A DNA stretch of 64,000 bases. Origin: Candidatus Binataceae bacterium. GTDB taxonomy: Bacteria > Desulfobacterota > Binatia > Binatales > Binataceae. The DNA is taken from the NCBI GenBank assembly GCA_041491005.1, contig JBGPUE010000002.1, positions 17,218 to 81,217 on the forward strand. Reading direction: 5' to 3'. This document shows, in pieces, positions 59,536 through 64,000 of the stretch. Positions within the stretch are counted from its first letter, which is position 1. Every line of letters starts with the position of its first letter. The translations under genes were made by a program, and so were the position numbers. The notes under the pieces were generated by a model. That model saw nothing but the letters and a program-made list of their open reading frames with translations, was not told the origin of the DNA and did no database searches.

Positions 59536-60648
59536 ATGAGACACGGATGGAAAATCGTCGATACCGACACTCATCAGATGGAACCCGAGGGCATCTGGGA
59601 ACGCTACATCGAGGATCGCTTCAAGTCGGCTGCGCCGCGCGCGGGCAAGACCTCGGCCGGCCGCACGGCCATGATGGTGGAGGGCGAGTCGCTGACCGCC
59701 GAAGAGGGCAAGTATCCGATGGCCGCGCCGGAGTTCCTCGAGGCGGTGCGCAAGGCGATGAAGCGCTTCGAGCGCGCGCGCAAAACCAACTTCAGCGCCG
59801 AGAGCCGTATCCAGGACATGGACGAGGAAGGCGTCGACGTTCAGGTTCTGTATCCGACGGTCGGCGGCCAGATGCTCGGCAAGGAGTTCCATGATACCGA
59901 GCTGCTCGCCGCATGTTGCCGGGCGTACAACAACTGGAGCGCCGAATATTGCCAGGCCGCGCCGCAGCGGCTGCGCTTCGCCGCGATGCTGCCAATCCAG
60001 GACGTCGACAAGGCGATCGTCGAGGCGCAGCGCACAGCAGCGATGGGCGCGGTCAGCTATTACGTGCGGCCCAATCCGATCAAGGGCCGCAACCTGTACC
60101 ATCGCGACTACCTGCCGCTGTGGGGCGAGATCGAAAAGCTCAACAAACCGATCTCGATCCACGATTCCGGCTCGCCCCACATCCCGTCGTTCGGCGAGCG
60201 GATGGACAGCCACGTCACCGGCCACATTATCGCGCACCCGTTCGAGGCGATGGTCGCGATGATGAGCCTCATCTGGTACGGCATCTTCGAGCGCTTCCCG
60301 CGGCTGACGGTGGTGCACGTCGAGGCCGACGCGGGATGGGTTCCGTATTGGCTGCAGCGGATGGAACAGCACTGGGACTTCAGCGGCAACGCCGAACATC
60401 CTGAAATGAAGAAGCGTCCCACCGAGTACTTCAAGAGCAACATCTACGTAGCGTGCCGTGCCGATGAAGCGATGCTCAAGCCCGCGCTTGAGCTGGTCGG
60501 TGACGATAATTTCGTTTGGAACACCGACTACCCGCATCCGGACGGGACGTGGCCGTGGGCGCTCAAGAGCATGGAGGCCCAGGCGATCCCGGATGCGAGC
60601 AAGCGCAGGATCCTGTGGGACAACGCCGCGCGTGCATTCCGGCTCTGA
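59536..60648 (+). CDS. Amidohydrolase-2 family metal-dependent hydrolase/decarboxylase (ACMSD-like)
   Basis: N-terminal IVDTDTHQ metal-binding motif, TIM-barrel hydrolase pattern, and C-terminal DYPHPDG. Confidence 0.75.
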   Translation: MRHGWKIVDTDTHQMEPEGIWERYIEDRFKSAAPRAGKTSAGRTAMMVEGESLTAEEGKYPMAAPEFLEAVRKAMKRFERARKTNFSAESRIQDMDEEGVDVQVLYPTVGGQMLGKEFHDTELLAACCRAYNNWSAEYCQAAPQRLRFAAMLPIQDVDKAIVEAQRTAAMGAVSYYVRPNPIKGRNLYHRDYLPLWGEIEKLNKPISIHDSGSPHIPSFGERMDSHVTGHIIAHPFEAMVAMMSLIWYGIFERFPRLTVVHVEADAGWVPYWLQRMEQHWDFSGNAEHPEMKKRPTEYFKSNIYVACRADEAMLKPALELVGDDNFVWNTDYPHPDGTWPWALKSMEAQAIPDASKRRILWDNAARAFRL

Positions 60649-60702
60649 TATCGCAGCGCGTATGCAGAGCGATGTCGCTGCTAATGGAGAGGAGGAAAAC
60701 TG

Positions 60703-61101
60703 ATGGCTGAGGAATCGGAACGGGGTCCGATGCTGACGACCTTCGCGGTGCTGTTCGCCATCATGGCGATCTCCAACCTGTCCAAGCCCTTCCAGTTCCA
60801 CGGCGTGGGCTTCGTGTTCTTCGGCACAAAGCTCACCGGCGTCGCAAACATGATCGTCGGACCACTCTTCGGCATCATGCTGGCGGCCTATTCATTCGGG
60901 ATCTGGAACATGCGCCGATTTGCGGTACCAATCGGGCAGGCGTACGCCGCGTACGTGATCGCTAACATAGTCATGTTCAGTATCAAGCATCAGGCGCCGG
61001 GAGGGCCCGGCTGGGGCGCGTTCGTCTACATCAGCGTGGCAGTGGGCGTCTCGGCAGGATCCGCCATCATCCTGACGCGCCGGCGCGCCGAACTGACCTG
61101 A
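60703..61101 (+). CDS. hypothetical small integral membrane protein
   Basis: 132 aa with 3-4 predicted TM helices. Coding-like composition. Confidence 0.4.
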   Translation: MAEESERGPMLTTFAVLFAIMAISNLSKPFQFHGVGFVFFGTKLTGVANMIVGPLFGIMLAAYSFGIWNMRRFAVPIGQAYAAYVIANIVMFSIKHQAPGGPGWGAFVYISVAVGVSAGSAIILTRRRAELT

Positions 61102-61104
61102 CGC

Positions 61105-62343
61105 TCACGCCGCCAGCGTGCGTCGCCATGCCTCCTCGGTGAACAGATGCGAGGGAAATCGCTCTGGCCCCAGGAACGCGACACCGCCTATCACTGCCAG
61201 TTCCGGATCCGAAAACATCCGCGCCATCACTCGCTTGCGGCGCGCGCGCGCTTCCGGCCCGAACTCGACGAAAAGCTCTGAGTAGCGGCTGGCGGTGAAA
61301 CGCAAGCGGCGCATCCGCTCGGCCCGCTCTTCAGCGTAGGGCGCGAACAGCTCCGGCCGCCAATCACGATCGTCGAGCATCAGGTCGCGCACGATCCGCA
61401 CGTCGCGATACGCAATCGACAACCCCTGCCCGATGATCGGGTCGTTATGGCCGGCCGCGTCGCCGATCAGCACCACGCCCGGGACATATGGAGCGTCAGT
61501 CCAGGCATCCTCGTTCGCGTACGAATTGCACGGACCCGCGGGAAAGCCCCGGGCTAGGTACTCGCTGCCAGAAACGCACTTTAGCCGGAACGCTTCGAGG
61601 AAGCTTGCCGCGCCATCATCGCCGGCGAAGCGCCGCTTCTGATCGCGTCCATAGCAGATGTACAACCGCGCGCGGCTCGGGCCCTGCGGAAACACCAGGA
61701 AGTGGGTGTCACTCTCGGTGCCGATGGTCTCCAGACCGGCAGGCCATCCGTCGATCCCGTCGACGAGCAGGCCCGCCATCAGATGATGTGGCGTGCCACG
61801 ATGCAATTCGATGCCGAGTTGCCCGCGCACCACTGAATTGCGTCCATCGGCGGCAATCACGATGCGTGGCTTGAGCGTGTGCGATCGCCCGTCGTGATGG
61901 AAACTCACCTCGGGCCGTTCACCCGGTCTCACCACGATATCGGCGACGCCGCGCAGCAATATCGCGCCGTCGTCGGCCGCCTCGCGATTCAGCGTGTCGC
62001 ACATGACGGGATGGCGCATACACAGCGGGCTCTTCAGAGGCGGCGGCAGACCGCTGAAGTCCATCGCCCGCGCTTCGGCATCCGCGATCGGCGTCTCCTC
62101 GCTGTATGGGATGTGGCGCTGAAGATGATGGCCGCCCGCCGCACGCAGCACTGCGTAGAGTTGAAGCCGCTCGGTCTCGGCCACGCCCCACGGCGCGAGC
62201 CATTCGCCGCGCACTCGATCGACGTGCACGGTGGACTTCTCGAGGATGGTGACGGCGATGCCCGCGCGCGCCAGCGAGATTGCGAGCGCGCTGCCGGCAA
62301 CACCTCCGCCTACGATTGCTACTTCAGGCGATTGAGTTGTCAT
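61105..62343 (-). CDS. FAD-dependent monooxygenase (UbiH/salicylate-hydroxylase-like)
   Basis: FAD-binding GxGxxG (VAIVGGGVAGSALAISLARAGIAVTILEK) and a DG motif (VIAADGRNSVVR). Confidence 0.75.
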   Translation of the reverse strand: MTTQSPEVAIVGGGVAGSALAISLARAGIAVTILEKSTVHVDRVRGEWLAPWGVAETERLQLYAVLRAAGGHHLQRHIPYSEETPIADAEARAMDFSGLPPPLKSPLCMRHPVMCDTLNREAADDGAILLRGVADIVVRPGERPEVSFHHDGRSHTLKPRIVIAADGRNSVVRGQLGIELHRGTPHHLMAGLLVDGIDGWPAGLETIGTESDTHFLVFPQGPSRARLYICYGRDQKRRFAGDDGAASFLEAFRLKCVSGSEYLARGFPAGPCNSYANEDAWTDAPYVPGVVLIGDAAGHNDPIIGQGLSIAYRDVRIVRDLMLDDRDWRPELFAPYAEERAERMRRLRFTASRYSELFVEFGPEARARRKRVMARMFSDPELAVIGGVAFLGPERFPSHLFTEEAWRRTLAA

Positions 62344-62377
62344 CGTGCGCCGCGCACCGGTTTGTGCGGACGCGCGA

Positions 62378-62981
62378 TCAGCCGCCGGCCGCCTTGCGCG
62401 CCGCCGGACGCGACATCAACTCGCCGAACCAGCGCGCGGCGTTGGCGTGGCGATCGATCTTCAGGCCGATGAACGAAATCAGCGACAGCACCGAAGCGAC
62501 GTTGATATCGGCCACTGTGCAGGCGTCGCCGAGGACGTACTTGCGGCCTTTGAGCTGGCCGTCAAGGACGGCGAGGGGCACTTGTAGCGCTTCCTCAGCG
62601 GCCTTGGCGGCCTTCGCGTCGCGCTGGGCCTCGGGCAGGAACAGCTTGTTCATCAGGATCGTCATCAGCGGCGGCTCGAACTCGGTCATGGCCCAGATGC
62701 TCCACTGTACGGCGTGTGCCTGATCGACCAGCGACTTCGGCCACAGCGCGCCGCCGTACTTCTGCGCGAGATACAGGTTGACCGCCATCGACTCCCAGAT
62801 GATCGTGCCGTCGTCATCGACTAGCGTCGGGATGTGGCCGTTGGGATTGATCTTCAGGTAATCGGGCTTCCGGGTATCGCCGGTAAAGCTCGTCGGCACG
62901 TTCTCGTATTTGATTCCGCATTCATTGGCCATCCAGAGCGCGCGCATCGCACGCGACTGGGGCACGCCGTAGATCTTGATC
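62378..62981 (-). CDS. Glutathione S-transferase
   Basis: Thioredoxin-like N-domain (IKIYGVPQSRAMRALWMANECGI...INPNGHIPTLVDDDG) and a helical C-domain. GTG start inferred; the long N-terminal extension in the ORF-finder call is implausible. Confidence 0.7.
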
Positions 62982-63066
62982 ACAGCTTCCTCCGAGGGTT
63001 GGGGTTGAGAAGTGAAATAACTCGCATCTGGTTGAGAGGGCAAGCCTGATTCGTTGCCGCGCAGCT

Positions 63067-64000
63067 TCAACCGGCGAGCTTTTTCTTGAGAACGTCGGTG
63101 ATTACCTTGGGATTGGCCTTGCCGCCCATCGCCTTCATCACCTGGCCCATGAAGAAGCCGAACAGTTTGTCGCGTCCGCCGCGATACTCCGCGACCTTGG
63201 CGGGGTCGGCGGCAATCAGCTGATCGCATGCCGCCCCGATCGCTCCCTCATCGGAGACTTGCGCAAGTCCTAGCTCGGCGATCGTCGCCTCCGCACCCTT
63301 GCCCGATTTACACATCGCGCTGAACGCCGTCTTGGCCGCATTGAGGCTGATCGTCGAGTTCTCGACCATCCGGAGCAGCGCGCCGGTTTCGGCGGGCGCG
63401 GGGGCGGAGTCCGCCAACGGCTTCGCGCTTTCGCGTACGGCGCGCAGCACCTCGGTCATTACCCAGTTCGCCGCGGCCTTCTTATTCGCGAGTCCCGGCA
63501 ACACGGCCTCGAAATATTCGGCGACCTCATGCTCCGCGGTCAGCACGTCAGCTTCGTACGCAGTAAGCCCGAAATCCCGCACATATCGCGCGCGGCGTTC
63601 GCCCGGCAGCTCGGGCATCGACGCGCGAATCTCCTTGATCATCTCCTGCGATACCATCAAGGGTGGCAGGTCGGGCTCGGGGAAGTAGCGGTAGTCGTTG
63701 GCGAACTCCTTGGAGCGCATCGGCCGCGTCGCTTCACGATCGGCATCCCACAGCAAGGTCTCCTGGAGGACGCGGCCGGCTGATTCGATTACTTCGATCT
63801 GGCGGCCGATTTCGTACGCGATCGCCTTTTCGACGTTGCGGAACGAATTCAGGTTCTTGACCTCTGTCCGGACGCCGAGCTTCTCATCGCCACGCTTGCG
63901 CACCGAGACGTTGGCGTCGCAGCGGAAACTGCCTTCCTCCATCTTGCCGTCGGAAGCGCCGAGATAGAGCAGCATCGTGCGCAATTCCCGGAGATAAGCG
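63067..64000 (-). CDS. gatB: Asp-tRNA(Asn)/Glu-tRNA(Gln) amidotransferase subunit B, C-terminal part (gene continues past the window end)
   Basis: GatB core (EVKNLNSFRNVEKAIAYEIGRQ) and the C-terminal GatB/YqeY domain. A full-length GatB is ~480 aa, so the N-terminus lies beyond 64000. Confidence 0.85.
   Translation of the reverse strand, partial: AYLRELRTMLLYLGASDGKMEEGSFRCDANVSVRKRGDEKLGVRTEVKNLNSFRNVEKAIAYEIGRQIEVIESAGRVLQETLLWDADREATRPMRSKEFANDYRYFPEPDLPPLMVSQEMIKEIRASMPELPGERRARYVRDFGLTAYEADVLTAEHEVAEYFEAVLPGLANKKAAANWVMTEVLRAVRESAKPLADSAPAPAETGALLRMVENSTISLNAAKTAFSAMCKSGKGAEATIAELGLAQVSDEGAIGAACDQLIAADPAKVAEYRGGRDKLFGFFMGQVMKAMGGKANPKVITDVLKKKLAG

Overview
High-GC (roughly 65%) Gram-negative chromosomal segment dominated by housekeeping genes. 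In order: the 3' end of an RND efflux pump plus its adaptor, MlaC, a GNAT acetyltransferase, mpg, the conserved tig-clpP-clpX-lon-hup block ending at tRNA-Val(UAC), a valine-catabolism trio (two crotonases and a HIBADH-like dehydrogenase), the H+-pyrophosphatase hppA, a nitronate monooxygenase, mrp/apbC, a ferredoxin, ino1, coaBC, a family-4 uracil-DNA glycosylase, an nfeD-stomatin pair, a modABC operon with an outer-membrane channel and a divergent XRE/PBP-like regulator, recO, a MoxR-like ATPase, a CoA-transferase, two convergent TldD/PmbA peptidases, ogt, a TPP enzyme, an Omp85-like barrel, an LLM oxidoreductase, a fatty-acid desaturase, a SAM methyltransferase, an HTH-citrate-synthase fusion, an alcohol dehydrogenase, an amidohydrolase, an FAD monooxygenase, a GST and a partial gatB. 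Two acquired-looking insertions stand out. (1) A ~4.4 kb segment carrying a single 1357-aa G8/beta-helix-like lipoprotein gene is bracketed by 102-bp direct repeats of the mpg 3' end. It abuts two partial copies of the tRNA-Val 3' end plus a hicAB toxin-antitoxin pair, which looks like a decayed tRNA-associated island with no integrase. (2) A ~2.5 kb single-gene cassette encodes a Rad50-like ABC ATPase with a CXXC zinc hook (AAA_13/RloC-like, a possible anticodon-nuclease-type suicide or defense module). It is inserted precisely between coaBC and the UDG gene with a ~41-bp target-site-like duplication, and its reading frame is broken by a single in-frame TGA just before the Walker A motif. A palindromic MITE/REP-like repeat family (core GTCATTCTGAGCGAAGCGAAG) occurs at three intergenic loci, and there is an 18-bp coding tandem repeat in a pair of paralogous lipoprotein genes. 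All functional calls come from reading the translated ORFs; no database search was possible.
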